Shown piece after piece: positions 1 to 13,026 of a stretch of DNA of 59,952 nucleotides; within the stretch, counting starts at the first letter, position 1; each line of letters opens with the position of its first letter. Origin of the DNA: Chara braunii. Lineage: Eukaryota; Plantae; Charophyceae. The stretch lies in NCBI GenBank assembly GCA_003427395.1, contig BFEA01000021.1, positions 5,338,862-5,398,813 on the forward strand, in the 5' to 3' direction. The position numbers and the translations under genes are program-made. The notes beneath the pieces were generated by a model. The model was not told the origin of the DNA. It saw only the letters and a list, made by a program, of their open reading frames with translations, and did no database searches.

Positions 1-1815
1 CATCTAGTCTAGCATCTCTTTGTCTTGTTCATACTTAGTGTGATGTCCCGGTTTATCTGCCCTTCATATGCAAATGCTTTCCATTTAGTCTAACATCTCT
101 TTGTCGTGTTCATGCTTAGTGTGATGTTCCGGTTGATCTTCCTTTCACATGCATGTGCTTTTTCATTAGTCTAGTCACTCATTGTATTGTTCATACTTGG
201 TGTGATGTTCCGGATGATCTTCCCTTCACATGTATGTGTTTTTCATTAGGCTAGTCACTCATTGTAATGTTCATACTTAGGGTAATGATCCGGATGATCT
301 TCCCTTCATATGCATGTGTTTTTCATTAGTCTAACCTCTGCTTGTAAAGTTCGTGTTCCGGATCTTTTACTTTGTTGAACTCTTCTCCTTTGTGCATGTG
401 CTTTCGACTAGTCTAGTCTTTATCGCCAAATTCATGTTCCGGATCATTTANTTCCGGATCTTTTACTTTGTTGAACTCTTCTCCTTTGTGCATGTGCTTT
501 CGACTAGTCTAGTCTTTATCGCCAAATTCATGTTCCGGATCATTTACCTTGTTGATGTCTTCTCCTTTGTGCATGTGCTTCCACTAGTCTAGTCTTCATT
601 GTCAATTTCAAATTCCGGATCTTTTACTTTGTTGAACTCTTCTCCTTTGTGCATGTGCTTCCACTAGTCTAGTCTTCATTGTCAAGTTCATGTTCCGGAT
701 CTTTTACTTTGTTGAACTCTTCTCCTTTGTGCATGTGCTTCCACTAGCCTAGTCTCTAATTGTCTAGTTCATGTTCCGGGTCTTTACCTTGTTGATCTCT
801 ACTCATTGTGCATGTGCTTTCCATTAGTCTAGTCTCCCATTGTCAACTTAATGTTCCGGATCTTTACCTTGTTGATCTCTACTCATTGTGCATGTGCTTT
901 CCATTAGTCAAGTCTCCCATTGTCAAGTTCATGTTCCGGATCATTTACTTTGTTAAACTCTTCTCCTTTGTGCATGTGCTTCCACAATCTAGTCTCTCAT
1001 TGTCAAGTTCTTGTTCCGGATCTTTACCTTGTTGATCTCTTCTCCTTTGTGCATGTGCTTCCACTAGTCTAGTCTTCATTGTCAAGTTCATGTTCCGGAT
1101 CTTTTTGCTTTGTTGAACACTTCCCCCCCCTCTTTAGGGATGTGTTTTCCACTAGTCTAATCCTTCATTGTCAAGTTCATGTTCCAGATCTTTTACTTTG
1201 TTGAAATCTTCTCCTTTGTGCATGTGCTTCCACTAGTCTAGTCTCTAATTGTCAAGTTCATGTTCCGGATCTTTACCTTATTGATGTCTACTCATTGTGC
1301 ATGTGCTTTCCACTAGTCTAGTCCTCATTGTCAAGTTCATGTTCCGGATCTTTTTACTTTGTTGAACAGTTTCCCTTTAGTGATGTGCTTTCCACTAGTC
1401 TAATCCTTTAATGTCAAGTTCATGTTCCGGATCCTTTACTTTGTTGAAATCTTATCCTTTGTGCATGTGCTTCCACTAGTCTAGTCTCTAATTGTCAAGT
1501 TCATGTTCCGGATCTTTACCTTGTTGATGTCTACTCATTGTGCATGTGTTTTCCACCAGTCTAGTCCTCATTGTCAAGTTCATGTTCCAGATCTTTTACC
1601 TTGTTGAAGTCTTCTCCTTTGTGCATGTGCTTCGACTAGTCTAATCCTTCATTGTCAAGTTCATGATCCGGATTTTTTACTTGTTGAACTCTTCTCTTTT
1701 GTGCATGTGCTCCCACTAGTCTAGCCTCTCATTGTTAAGTTCATGTCCCGGATCTTTACCTTGTTGATCTATACTCATTGTGCATGTGCTTTCCATTAGT
1801 CTAGTTTCACATTGT
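1..1815. repeat. ~80-bp tandem satellite (~22 copies, runs off the window start)
   Basis: The motifs CATGTTCCGGATC, GTGCATGTGCTT and CACTAGTCTAG recur every 80-81 bp. The first ~4 units are a diverged variant. Confidence 0.95.
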
Positions 1816-1925
1816 CACGTTATTCCAAAATATACTTATTCAATTTCTCACTATGGGACGCGTGATCGACGTTTGGTTGCTGTTACGGGGGGGGCTGAAT
1901 TGATTAGGGGGTTTTCTTGTCTTGT

Positions 1926-1926
1926 T

Positions 1927-2013
<87 letters not shown>
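1926..2013. repeat. (CT)n microsatellite
   Basis: Direct reading. Confidence 0.95.
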
Positions 2014-2016
<3 letters not shown>

Positions 2017-2019
2017 CCT

Positions 2020-2990
2020 CACTTGGCATATGACTAACCCTTCTCCCCTCACTTGGAAAACATTGTCAGGGTACGAACGGTGATCGAAATCAGACCTCAC
2101 TTGGTGGAGAAAGAGGACAAGTGGAGGATAGTCGGTCCCTTGTGCCACCAAGAAGGCAAAAGAAAGGACGTTTGAAAAAGTGGAAGAAAGGCGGGATCCG
2201 GAAGGAAGCATAAGTTGAGAGAGAGAGGTCGGTTTGACTCAACCATTTCCCCGACTGCATGACTATGAGAAGAGGATGGGCTGATTGAACAACAAAAAGG
2301 GAACAAAGCACAGCCAAAGAGCATGGAAAGGATAGGCATGAGGGAAGGGCTATGTGTTGATCCCCAACGGGGGACATTGTATGAATTTTCTTGCTTATGT
2401 GGGATTGTGCAGGCGAGTAATGGCTAGAAATGCCTTGAGCGGGATAAGGGCGAGAGGAACTGGGTACCAAGAGGGAAAGGGAAGAGGGACAAAGGGGCTA
2501 TGGGACCCTTGACATAGAGCCAATTCATGAAAATGATTTTTGCACTTGAGACTTGAAAGTGTGATTGAGAGTGCAATCGTACCAAGGAAAATGTGATGTT
2601 GTGTGTGCATGCAGATGAGGACCCCGAAAAGACTAAGGGGCCTACTTCAATAAGGTGGGAAGCAAATTGTGAGATCCGATGGATGCGTAGAGGCGAGGGG
2701 GAGGACGGCCCCGCCGCACCCCGATGACGCCATATAGCCAAAATGCTTAGGGAAATGGTGCGTGGCCTAAGGATGACGCTTAGCCTAAGCACAAGAGAAG
2801 AGAAACGTTCAAAGAACCCCTGGACTGCCTGCGTATTGGAAGGAGCAACTGCTTGAGAACACAATAAAGAATAAAAAAAAAATATGCGTTGCGGAACGAC
2901 CAGCGAGAATACCACCCGGCGTGAGGGTTGAGCTACATCCCCAATGTCAAAGCTCTCTTGCGCGATGATCCACCCCCATCCATCTCAAAG
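2020..2990 (-). mobile_element. possible highly decayed LINE 3' end (ORF2 C-terminus plus UTR)
   Basis: Minus-strand translation gives RIFFFYSLLCSQA...ILAIWRHR, weakly like the L1 ORF2 C-terminal H-x-F-x-x-C / IW-x-x-R region. It ends in a (GA)n tract. Confidence 0.3.
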
Positions 2991-4324
2991 CAGTAGGTGG
3001 GGTTGACCCCGGGATGAACAGCCCGCGCCCTGAGCATGAGCGTGGGCGGGTCGAGCCAACTGGGACCCGCAGTGGGGTCGACTAAGGCTCGAAAGTCTAC
3101 CGGGGTTTGGCCCTACACCGTTCCACCTCAACATCAATCGCACATTAGAGAGTTTTCATCACACTGCGCACCACACAGCCTTCCTGGCAATATCCCTCTC
3201 CTCCTGGGTCGCCTACTTGCCTTTGTTCTCCTCACTGCATGCTACCCACGGTCGCTCACCCAGCTAAACCCATGCATGCACAACATAAGCAGAAGACAAG
3301 CACTAGATGAGCGCAACGTACCACAACTTCGATAGCAAAATGCAAGGAAAATGAGCGATAGCCAAATTCAGAAACCAAGCCACATCATACACATGAGACC
3401 AGATAGTCTTGACCTCAAACCGAAAGCGGAATTGCAACTCGAGTTACGCCAAATAGGAGCACAACAAAGCTCACAAATGACAATGTTGGCGTAGTCTCGT
3501 CATCATCGTCAATGAACCAATGTCGATTCCCTATCTGGTGCTCAGCGCCCAGACTACAAATGGCAGATCCTATCTAGCCTATCTACAATGTCGTTGGTGA
3601 CATCAACAACTTCCCGAAGTACGAGCAGATCTCGGTCAATGCCATTCGCATCAAGCACCAGGTATGTCCCTCGCTTCACTCACACCCTCAATGCTCCACA
3701 CCAATGCCACATGCACCCGAAGACCACCATGAGCCCCATCGAGCAATGCGCAGGCCAGCTCGGCTATGACTGCCTGCTTCTTCCCTGCACGTTCGTGAGT
3801 GCGTAGGCACTCGCTTCACCAGTTGGCGCAACAGCACTTGCGCATAAGCAGCGAGTGCCCGAATGTCTGGCCAGCGGTCAGGCCCTTTCCTTTATGGAAA
3901 GTGGCTCCCCACGAAAACTTCCGGTAGGCCCCAAGTGGTTGAGCCCCTGTCTCAGGGAATCTTCCACAGGGCCTGGGGTGCTTACCCGTGTCCAACTGCA
4001 AGCAGCCTATGTTCAGTTCATACCCTGTGTCTGGCCCAAGGCCTGCCTCAGATACATTTGGAAAAAGGCAGGCAGGGCCTGGGCTCACCCAACCAACTAA
4101 CGCTATGCAACTGCCTGAAATTTCCCTCAGTTGCGACCAACACAAAATAGGCCTCTCGTCACTTGGCAGGCTAGCCTTCACTTAGGGCGGCCATACATGC
4201 TAGAAACAGGGCCCCGGTAGGGCTTGCTGAGGCTTAGGGCCTTGCAAAAGTTTCGAAAAATAAATATTTGAGGCACCAAAATAAAATCAAAACAAAAAGT
4301 GAAAAGTGAAAAAAACAAAAAAAA

Positions 4325-4717
4325 TGAGTGTCCGAGCACGTTTTGACACCGTCATCTTTGGCGATTTTTCTTTTTTTTTGGCTTAGTAAAATGCCTTGAC
4401 AATTTATATGCATGTGGCACCTGTCATATAGAACTCATAAAAAAACATTCAACCAAAAAAAATGATTTTTAGGCCCTGAAATATTTTTTTGGCGGGGGCC
4501 GAACCCTTCCAGATTCCGACCTCGAACGGGACCCCGAACGCCCGAATGGCCGAACGTTCGGGGGTCAGCCCGGGGGCCCCCCAACGTTCGGCATGGTAAC
4601 CATGAGCTTTATATTATGTGAAATACACATATGGAAATTTTCAGGGCATTTGGCTATCCCAAGAAAAAATAAAAAATCGCCAAAAATGGCGGTGTCGAAA
4701 ACGTGCTCGCCCACTCA
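4325..4717. mobile_element. MITE with ~45-bp terminal inverted repeats
   Basis: TGAGTGTCCGAGCACGTTTTGACACCGTCATCTTTGGCGATTTTT (4325) is the near reverse complement of AAAAATCGCCAAAAATGGCGGTGTCGAAAACGTGCTCGCCCACTCA (ends 4717). Interior has CCGAA/TTCGG motifs. Confidence 0.7.
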
Positions 4718-5074
4718 CTAATTTTAATTNNNNNNNNNNNNNNNNNNNNNNNNNNNNNNNNNNNNNNNNNNNNNNNNNNNNNNNNNNNNNNNNNNNNNNN
4801 NNNNNNNNNNNNNNNNNNNNNNNNNNNNNNNNNNNNNNNNNNNNNNNNNNNNNNNNNNNNNNNNNNNNNNNNNNNNNNNNNNNNNNNNNNNNNNNNNNNN
4901 NNNNNNNNNNNNNNNNNNNNNNNNNNNNNNNNNNNTTTTTTTTTTTTTAATTTTTATTTTTTTTTAAGGTCGGCCCGAACGACCGAATGCATTCCCAAGG
5001 GGGGCCGAATGTTGGGTAGGTTCGGGTTCGGAAGTTCAACCGAATCCAAATGTCGGCAAGCCCATATATATATA

Positions 5075-5320
5075 CTAGCTAAGCGCCCGCGGTGCGGGCG
5101 GTGCGGGCCATGCCCGCAAAAATAAGAAATGTTGTAGGCAACCTGACACGGACGACTTGCATTAGCTGAGACAAACTTAAAAAAAAAAAAAAAAAAAAAA
5201 ACCGAATCACGGGCCCACACGGGGTAATAAAGAATGCCTAAAACTAGCTACGAAGTCTGAGTTTAATTAACGAATAGCTTAGCGTCTGCGGTGTGGGCGG
5301 TGCGGGCTACGCCCGCAACC
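5075..5320 (-). mobile_element. Helitron-like 3' terminus (duplicated)
   Basis: Minus strand: GC hairpin GCCCGC-acc-GCGGGC, then GCTTAG, then CTAG|T (CTAG at 5075-5078). A decayed second copy lies at ~5275-5320. Confidence 0.6.
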
Positions 5321-5349
5321 AAAACTACCGAAACGGTAAAGAAAGTACC

Positions 5350-8320
5350 ATAGAGTAGAAGACTGTGTCGTAAAGTGTCGTAGAATAGAGTAGAGTGTCA
5401 TAGAGTAGAGTAAAGTACAGTAGAGTAGAGTAGAGGAGATTAGAGTGAAGTAAAGTAGAGGAATAAAGTAGAGTAGAGTGTTGTAGAGTAGTATTGTAGA
5501 GAGTGTCATAGATAGAGAATAGTAGAGCAGACTCAGCAGAGTACAGTAGAGTACGGTGTCATAGAGTAAAGTAGAGTAGAGTAGAGTGTCATAAAATGTC
5601 ATAGAGTATAGTACAGTAGAGTACAATAGAGTTGAGTATCGTAGAGTATAGTAGAGTAAAGTATAGTGTCATAGAGTGGAGTAGATTGTCGTCGAGTAGA
5701 TTACAATAGAATGTCATTGAGTGTCGTCGAGTAGATTACAATAGAGTGTTGTCGAGTAGATTACAATAGAGTGTCGTAGAGTATAGTAGAGTAGATTGTC
5801 GAATACTAGAATAGAGTAGAGTAGAGTAGAGTAGAGTAGAGTAGAGTGTCATAGAGTAAAGTAGAGTACCATAGAGTATAGTAGAGTAGAGTAGAGTATC
5901 ATAGAGTGTCGTAGAGTGTCCTAGACTAGAGTAAAGTGCCGTAGAGTAGAGTAGAGTGTCGTAGAGTGTCGTAAAGTAGAATAGACTGTCATAGACTAGA
6001 GTAGACTCAGTAGAGTACAATGTCATAGAGTAGTGTGAAGTGTTGTAGAGTAAAGTGTTGTAGAGAAGACTGTTGTAGAGTAGAGTGTTGTAGAGTGTTG
6101 TAGAGTGTCGTAGAGTAGAGTAGAGTAGAGTAGAGTGTCCTAAAGTAGTGTTGTCGAGTGTCGTAGAGTAGAGTAGAGTGTCGTAGAGTGTTGTATAGTA
6201 GAGTAGAGCAAAGTAGAGTAGAGTACAATATCATAGAGTAGAGTAGAGTGTCATAGAGTGTCGTAGAGTGTCTTAGAGTAGAGTATAGTAGAGTGTCATA
6301 GAGTAGTGTAGAGTAGAGTAGAGTAGAGTGTCATAGAGTTGAGTAGAGTGTCATCGAGTAGATTACAGTAGAGTGTCCTAGAGGAGAGGAGAGTATCATA
6401 GAGTACATTGTCTTAGAGTAGAGTGTAGTAGAGTAGAGTGTCGTAGAGTAGAGTACAGTAAAGTAGAGTGTCGTAGAATAGGGGACAGTTGAGTGTCGTA
6501 GAGTACAGTAGAGTAGAGTGTCGTATTGTACGGTGGAGTAGAGTGGAGTGTCGTAGAGTACATTAGTGTAGAGTAGAGTAGAGTAGAGTAGAGTAGAGTA
6601 GAGTAGAGTAGCGTGGAGTGTCGTAGGGTGTCGTAGAGTGTTGTAGAGTACAGTGTCGTAGCTTAGAGTGTCATAGAGTAAAGTGTCGTAGAGTAGAGCA
6701 GAGTGAAAATAGAATGTCGTAAAGTAGAGTAGAATAGAATGTCGTAAAGTAGAGTAGATTAGAGTGGAGTAACGTGCCATATAGTAAAGTAGAGTGGAGT
6801 AGAGTTTTGTAGAGTGCCGCAAAGTGTTGTAGAGTAGAGTAGAGTGTCGTAAAGTAGAGTAGAGTAGAGTAGAGTGTCGTCGAGTAGATTAAAGTAGAAT
6901 GTCGTAGAGGAGAGTAGAGTGCCGTAGAGTAGAGTAGAATATCGTAGAGTAGAGTAGAATAGAGTAGAGTAGAGTAGAATAGAGTATCGTATAGTAGAGT
7001 ACATTAGAGTAGAGTTTTGTACAGTAGAGTAGAGTAGAGTAGAGTGTCGTAAAGTCGAGTAGAGTAGAGTAGAGTGTCTAAGAGTAGAGTTTAGTAGAGT
7101 AGAGTAGAATAGAGTAGAGAGAAGTAGAGTGGGTAGAGTAGAGTAAAGTAGAGTGAAGTAGAGAGTCATAGAGAAGCGTAGAGTAGAGTGTCGTCTCGTC
7201 GAGTACAGTAGAGCAGAGTGGTGTAGAGTTTTTTATAGTAGAGTAGAGTGTAGTAGAGTACAGTAGAGTAGAGTAGAGTGGGTAGAGTAGAGTAAAGTAG
7301 AGTGGTGTAGAGTAGAGTGGTGTAGAGTAGAGTAGAGTAGAGTAGAGTAGAGTAGAGTAGAGTAGAGTAGAGTAAAGTAAAGTAGAGTAGAATAAAGGAG
7401 AGTGGAGTAGAGTAGACTAAAGTATAGTAGAGTAAAGTGTGGTAGAGTAGAGTGGAGTAGAGTAGAGTGTAGTAGAGTAGAGTAAAGTAGTGTAGAGTGG
7501 AGTAGAGTAGAGTAGAGTGTCGTAAAATGTCGTAAAGTAGAGTAGAGTAGAGTAGAGTAAGGTAGAGTGTTGCAGAGTGTCTTAGAGTAGAGTAGTGTGT
7601 AGTAGAGTAGTGTGTAGTAGAGTAGAGTTGTGTGTAGTAGAGGAGAGTAGAGTGGTGCAGAGTGGAGTAGAGTAGAGTAGAGTGTCATACAGTAGAGTAT
7701 AGTACAGTGTCGTACGGTAGAGTGGAGTGTCATAAAGTGTCGCAGAGTATAGTAGAGTAGAGTGTCGTAGAGTGTCGTAGAGTAGAGTAAAGAAGAGTCG
7801 AGTAGAGTGTCGTAGAGTAGAGTAAAGAAGAGTGTCGTAGAGTGTCGTAGAGTGTCGTAGAGTAGATTAGAGTAGAGTAAAGTAGAGTAGAGTAGTGTAG
7901 AGTAAAGTCGAGTAGAGTAGAGTTTTGTAGAGTGTTGTAGAGTGTCGTAGAGTACAATAGGGTGTTGTAGAGTGTCATAGAGTAGAGTAGAGTTGAGCAC
8001 AACAGAGTGTCGTAGAATAGAGTAGAGTTGAACACAACAGAGTGTCGTGGAGTGTCGTAGATTAGAGTAGAGTGTCATAGAGTAGAATAGAGTGTCATAG
8101 TGTAGAGTGATCGTAGAGTAGAGTGTCGTAGAGTACAGTGTCATAGAGTAGAGTGTCATGGAGTGGAGTAGAGTAGAGTAGATTGTCGTAGAGTAGAGTA
8201 CAGTAGACTGTCATAGAGTAGACTGTCGTAGAGTAGAGTGTCATAGAGGAGAGTGTCGTGAAGTAGAGTAGGGTAGACTGTCGTAGAGTAGAGTATTGTA
8301 GAGTGTCGTTGAGTAGAGTG
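5350..8320. repeat. degenerate (TAGAG)n / (TGTCGTAGAG)n minisatellite, ~3 kb
   Basis: Direct reading. It accounts for all the 'STLLY' ORFs. Confidence 0.97.
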
Positions 8321-8324
8321 CGTC

Positions 8325-8504
8325 CGTGTGCGTGTGTGTATCACGTGTGTGTGTGTGTGCCCTCGTGTGTGTGTGTGTGTGTGTATGTGTGTGTGTGTGC
8401 GTGTGTCTGTCTGTATGTGTATGTGTGTGTGCCCCCGTGTGTGTGGGTGTGGGTGTGGGTGTGTGTGTGCGTGTGTCTGTCTGTCTGTGTATGTGTGTGT
8501 GCCC

Positions 8505-8550
<46 letters not shown>

Positions 8551-8664
8551 CCCCGTGTGTGGGTGTGTGGGTGTGTGTGTGCCCCCGTGTGTGGGTGTGT
8601 GTGCAAGTGTCATGTGTGTGTGTGTGCGTGTCATGTGTGTGTGTGTGTGTGTGTATGTGTGTGT
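8325..8664. repeat. compound (GT)n microsatellite with GCCCCC interruptions
   Basis: Direct reading. CGTAGAGTAG resumes at ~8665. Confidence 0.95.
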
Positions 8665-8813
8665 CGTAGAGTAGTTGTTTTTTTTCAAAGTTGCGGGTCA
8701 GCCCCCTGCCCCCGACACTTCGGACTTGGCTCCATATCATGCATCACCACACACAAAACCCACACCCCCTAAGAACAACCCATAAAATTTCCCCCCCCCT
8801 AATAAATAGTTAA

Positions 8814-9500
8814 ACCACCACTGCCCCCGCGGTCTGGGGGGACCGGTAGCACAGGTTCATGAGGGCTACCGGTAGTATAATGGGGAGAGTTGGCAAGCGG
8901 CAAAAATGTACATTCATCGAATTGCCGCCGTGATTTTTTTCGCAGTTGAAACATTTTTTTCAAATTTCTTAAATATTTTTCCTAGAAAGATCACGACGAA
9001 ATCTACATACCCTCCCTTTTTTCTTATTTTTCCCCCTCCCATTTTCACATTTCTTGACGTTTTCCTTTGAGCGAGAAAAATCGCTGAAGTTGGGGTAGTT
9101 TTCCCGTTGGGCCACACGTGGTGAAGTGGCCAGAATGGGAAATGAGACGATTTGGGGCAATATTTATTTCACGATCTTAATTTTTTTTTTTTTTTCAAAT
9201 ATTTTTCGTCGAAAGATCACAACCAAATTTGGGGGCCCTTCAATTTGCAGAGTGGTGGAGTTATCCTTCTGAGCGCAAAAAATCGCGGAAGTTGGGGTAC
9301 TTTTCCCGTTGGCCAACACGTGCCAGAATGGCAAAATTAAAAAATGCAACGAAACGGCATGACATTTATTTCAGGGTATATATATTTTTTTTCATTTTTC
9401 AATATTTTTCCTGGAAAGATCACAACCTAATGTACATGATCTCAATTTTTCATGTTTTTTCTTCAATTCGTCTCAGTGCGAAAAATCGCCAGAGTTGGCG
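8814..9500 (+). mobile_element. left end of a TTAA|ACCACC DNA element with ~200-bp subterminal repeats
   Basis: TTAA-ACCACCA at 8810-8820. AAAAATCGC-GAAGTTGGGGTA-TTTTCCCGTTGG recurs at ~9076 and ~9278, and partly at ~9481. No right end found. Confidence 0.45.
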
Positions 9501-9727
9501 CTTGAAAATTGCAGGACTGAACCCGCCTGCCACATTGTGCATCGTTACTGGACACACAGGCACATGCTGACCTGCCAGCTGCCTGACATCGAATACACTT
9601 CATAAAGAAGCAGTCCCCAAAAACACACAGGGACTCAGTCAGTCCTTACAATTGCATATCTCAAATTTGTGCGTGGGTTCAAACCCTTACAACAACCTTT
9701 GGCAGTGAACTTCATAATCTTAATATT

Positions 9728-9736
9728 TGTGTGTGT

Positions 9737-9787
<51 letters not shown>
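9728..9787. repeat. (GT)n microsatellite
   Basis: Direct reading. Confidence 0.95.
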
Positions 9788-9791
<4 letters not shown>

Positions 9792-10339
9792 CCTGCGCCT
9801 GCCCAACCACCCACCCCAATGCCTTTTGCCATCTTCTCGCAAAAGAAAAAGAAAAAAGCGGGAAATGGCAAAAACCCACGAAAGAAAAGGAAACAAAAGA
9901 GTAAAATGACAAACGCGCAGCCGCGAAACAGACGACGCGAAAACCTTGACGATGAAAGGAAAAAAAAAAAAAAATGCGCCCGCAAAACAGACGACGCAAA
10001 AACTGCAAAACGACAAACGAAGAATAAAAAGAAAATGAATATCCGCGCGGCTTGAAACAGACGAAACAAAACTAAAAAGAAAAAGAAAACAAAAATTTGC
10101 GTCGACCGGTTATCGACGGCGGCCGCTTCAAGATATTCCATCACATCTACGCCCGCCGCTGCCCGGCCTCGTGGGCGCTCACTCACGTTTGTTGGCGCGC
10201 GGTGAACAATTCGGTACGCGCACCGCTCTGCACGCCCCCCCACCCTCGATCGCCTTCATCCGCTGGCCCGCACCAAAACTTCAGCCCCATTTCGGAGCAC
10301 AGCGGACCATCGACCTCCCCCCCGCGTCCAATGCTCCTT

Positions 10340-10435
10340 AAGGGATAGGATATTGGGCCACTTTGGTAGCGTAGTGTTATGCAGAAAATTAAACTGAACA
10401 ACTTTTGCCTGAGGGTCACATCCAAAATATTTGCC

Positions 10436-10474
<39 letters not shown>

Positions 10475-10780
10475 CAGGCCGGGCAAGTGGTCCCGAGCAG
10501 CCCGGTCAGCCCGGTCGTGAAAGGACCAGGGAGAGTCCGAGCCAAAAAAAAAAAAAATCCCAAAAATCCGAAAAAACAATTATGTTATGCACAAAAATAA
10601 ATTGAACAACTTTTGCCTCACGGTCACATCGATATTCTTTACCAAATTTAAAATAAAAATTTTATTTAGAAATTATTTTTTAGTTTTTTGAACTTTTTTA
10701 TTTTTTTATTTCTTTTTGGCCTGGCCGGGCAAGTGGACCCGGGCCACTTTGGTAGCCTAGCTAAAGGCCAAAATTTGACA
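10340..10780. repeat. AT-rich non-autonomous DNA-element fragment with internally repeated modules
   Basis: GGGCCACTTTGGTAGC (10355, 10741), TGAACAACTTTTGCCT...GGTCACATC (~10395, ~10603) and GGCCGGGCAAGTGG (~10477, ~10723). Confidence 0.55.
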
Positions 10781-13026
10781 TTTTTCATATGTGGGTACTC
10801 AGGCTGTTGCAGCCCGCCAGTTGGTTGAGTGGACGCATGGGCCTCCCTAAGATGCGTCGTATAGTTAGGCCCAGGCCTTGGCTGTTGCGCATGAGCACAT
10901 ACACACAATGCAGGGTCGTACATCATGAAGTGGCTACAGACCTACGCAAAAGCAGCACTGCCGACGTGCATACGCTGGGTCCTATGCAAATGCAGCCAAC
11001 GGCCCAAGTTTGGAGACTCAGGTCGTGCCCAACTGTAAAGGGCCTATGCCCTCAACTGTAGCAATGGGCCTGGACGCAGGCACCAGGGCCCAACCGAAAG
11101 CTACTGGAAGCTTCCAGCCAGGCCATACACAGCCAAGCAGAGGCTGCCACTTCCATATAGGAAGGAAGGCAGGCAGGGTTTGGCATTCTGGCCCACGCAG
11201 ACAATGCGGCCACGCTGCTGCGCTGCTGCGTTAGAGGCTGCGTGTTGTGTTGAGGGCGCGTGTGAGGTGAAGCAGGGGCGCTGCTGGGCAGCGGAGCGCA
11301 AGCAGCCAAGGTCGGGCTGTAGGGCGCTAGGGGGTGAGAGGGCGATCGGTGGTCTTCAGGAAGAAGGTGAAGTATGGGTGGACAGGGTCTGATGAGGGGA
11401 GATGAGATATGTACCTGGTGCATGAGAGAGGTCAACAATGGTGTTGACGTCATGTACATTGGTCTTCGAGAGTCGAAGTGAGCCTGTTGCGAGAATGCTG
11501 ATGTAGGTATGGTAGTCGAGTAGTGTAGGCTGGGCATTGGGTGCCAGACAGAGAAGAGCGACTTTGGATACTGTGTTGGTGTGGTCTGAGGGTTTGAACA
11601 TTGGCTCATTACTTCATGGCATTGGTCTTATATTGATGGAATCTCGGTGCATTTGTACTCTCTGCTTGGACACGACTACTTGGACATCTGTGTGATTTCG
11701 CAACTTGGCTTTCTATATATCGTTCCCACTCATATTCCTTGCAATTTGGTATCGGAGTTGGTTCGTGATCGCCACTTACTTGGCGCTGGCGACATTGTTA
11801 CTTGATGCGCTAACGATGCTTCTGTGCAATAAGGATACTTCGGCGTGGGCTTGTTGAAGCGGGACCCAGGTAGAGGGTGCGGCCGCTGGAAGGCTGTGGC
11901 GACGGCGTGGGAGTTGTGGCGACAACGGATGTATGTATGATGATGAGAGCATGCTGATGTGGCATTTTGGCTGAGGTGGCACTGCATTGCATTGTGGGTG
12001 GTACCGAGGCTATGACCGGTCATCGAAATGCACGTCGGCTCAATTGGTGAGAAATTTGTGGTTGGGGGCAGCTATCTTCAGGTACGTTGTTCCGTTACCT
12101 TATCTAACCTCTCAATCTCTTCTTATCGTGAGGAAGTGAGTCCAACCTTGAGTGTCCTCTCTTTGGTGTGAGGAGTCGTGAGCGCTCTACCTTGAGAGAC
12201 GACATTCTTCTCGGTGGCGCATCTGGCAGGAGAGGGCGGTGCCTCTGAAGGGCCCTGGTCGAAGCACGGGTCACGGTCACCATGCCAACCCATGGTAGTA
12301 GTACACGCAGGCCATGCTGCTTTGTCCATTAAGGCTCTTTGCTGCGCTGATAGAAGGGGTGTGCGGACTGACCAGTCCTATGTAGATACAAACCAGACCG
12401 TCTATAAATAGTTTTGGCGGGTGTCTGATCTGTCCACTGGCTGTGATCGTCGTCTTGATTGCGACGTTAAATAATTCCTGAGGACCTTGGGGGTTGTCCT
12501 TAAACTGCCTCTTGATCAGCCAAATCAGTTAGACATAAGGCTCGTTGCATGCGAGGTAAAGAATGGGCAAGCAGTTCTGGTCATAAGCATACACCTTGGG
12601 CACAGGGGTGGGCCGCTAATGCACACCTTAGACACTACCGCTCGATGATGGCTATAGGCACGTGGATACAGGGGAGGAAGATTCCAATTGACAAACACAT
12701 CTATACCGATTGTGCATACATCTGCTCATATAGTTTATTTTTATTTTGATTTGTTGGTTGACAGACTGCTAACACCTCACAGACAGCCTAGACTGGAACT
12801 GTACTGTGCTACCATAGCCAGTTCTCTTCGAAGCTGTTGTAAGAGAACTAATCAAAGTAGATTTAAATTATGTGTGCAATTTGTGTGATTGTTCTTGATA
12901 CCGCTGAATAGTAGCCTAGGTGAATCGTGGGAGATAATTTTTATTTATTTATTTTTAGAACCGGTCAGAATCATGTTGCTGTAGGTTCCAGAGAGGACAC
13001 TAGTTCAGACAGCGCCTGCCTAGCCG

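Noticed and set aside
353-545. Exact ~95-bp duplication around the N at 451
   Set aside because: Identical copies flank a single-N scaffold joint, so it is probably a contig-overlap artefact.
1-1815. CRISPR-like periodicity
   Set aside because: Whole units repeat with no unique spacers, there are no cas genes, and the context is eukaryotic.
5279-8772. Long ORFs rich in STLLY, HT or VC
   Set aside because: These are translations of the minisatellite and microsatellite.
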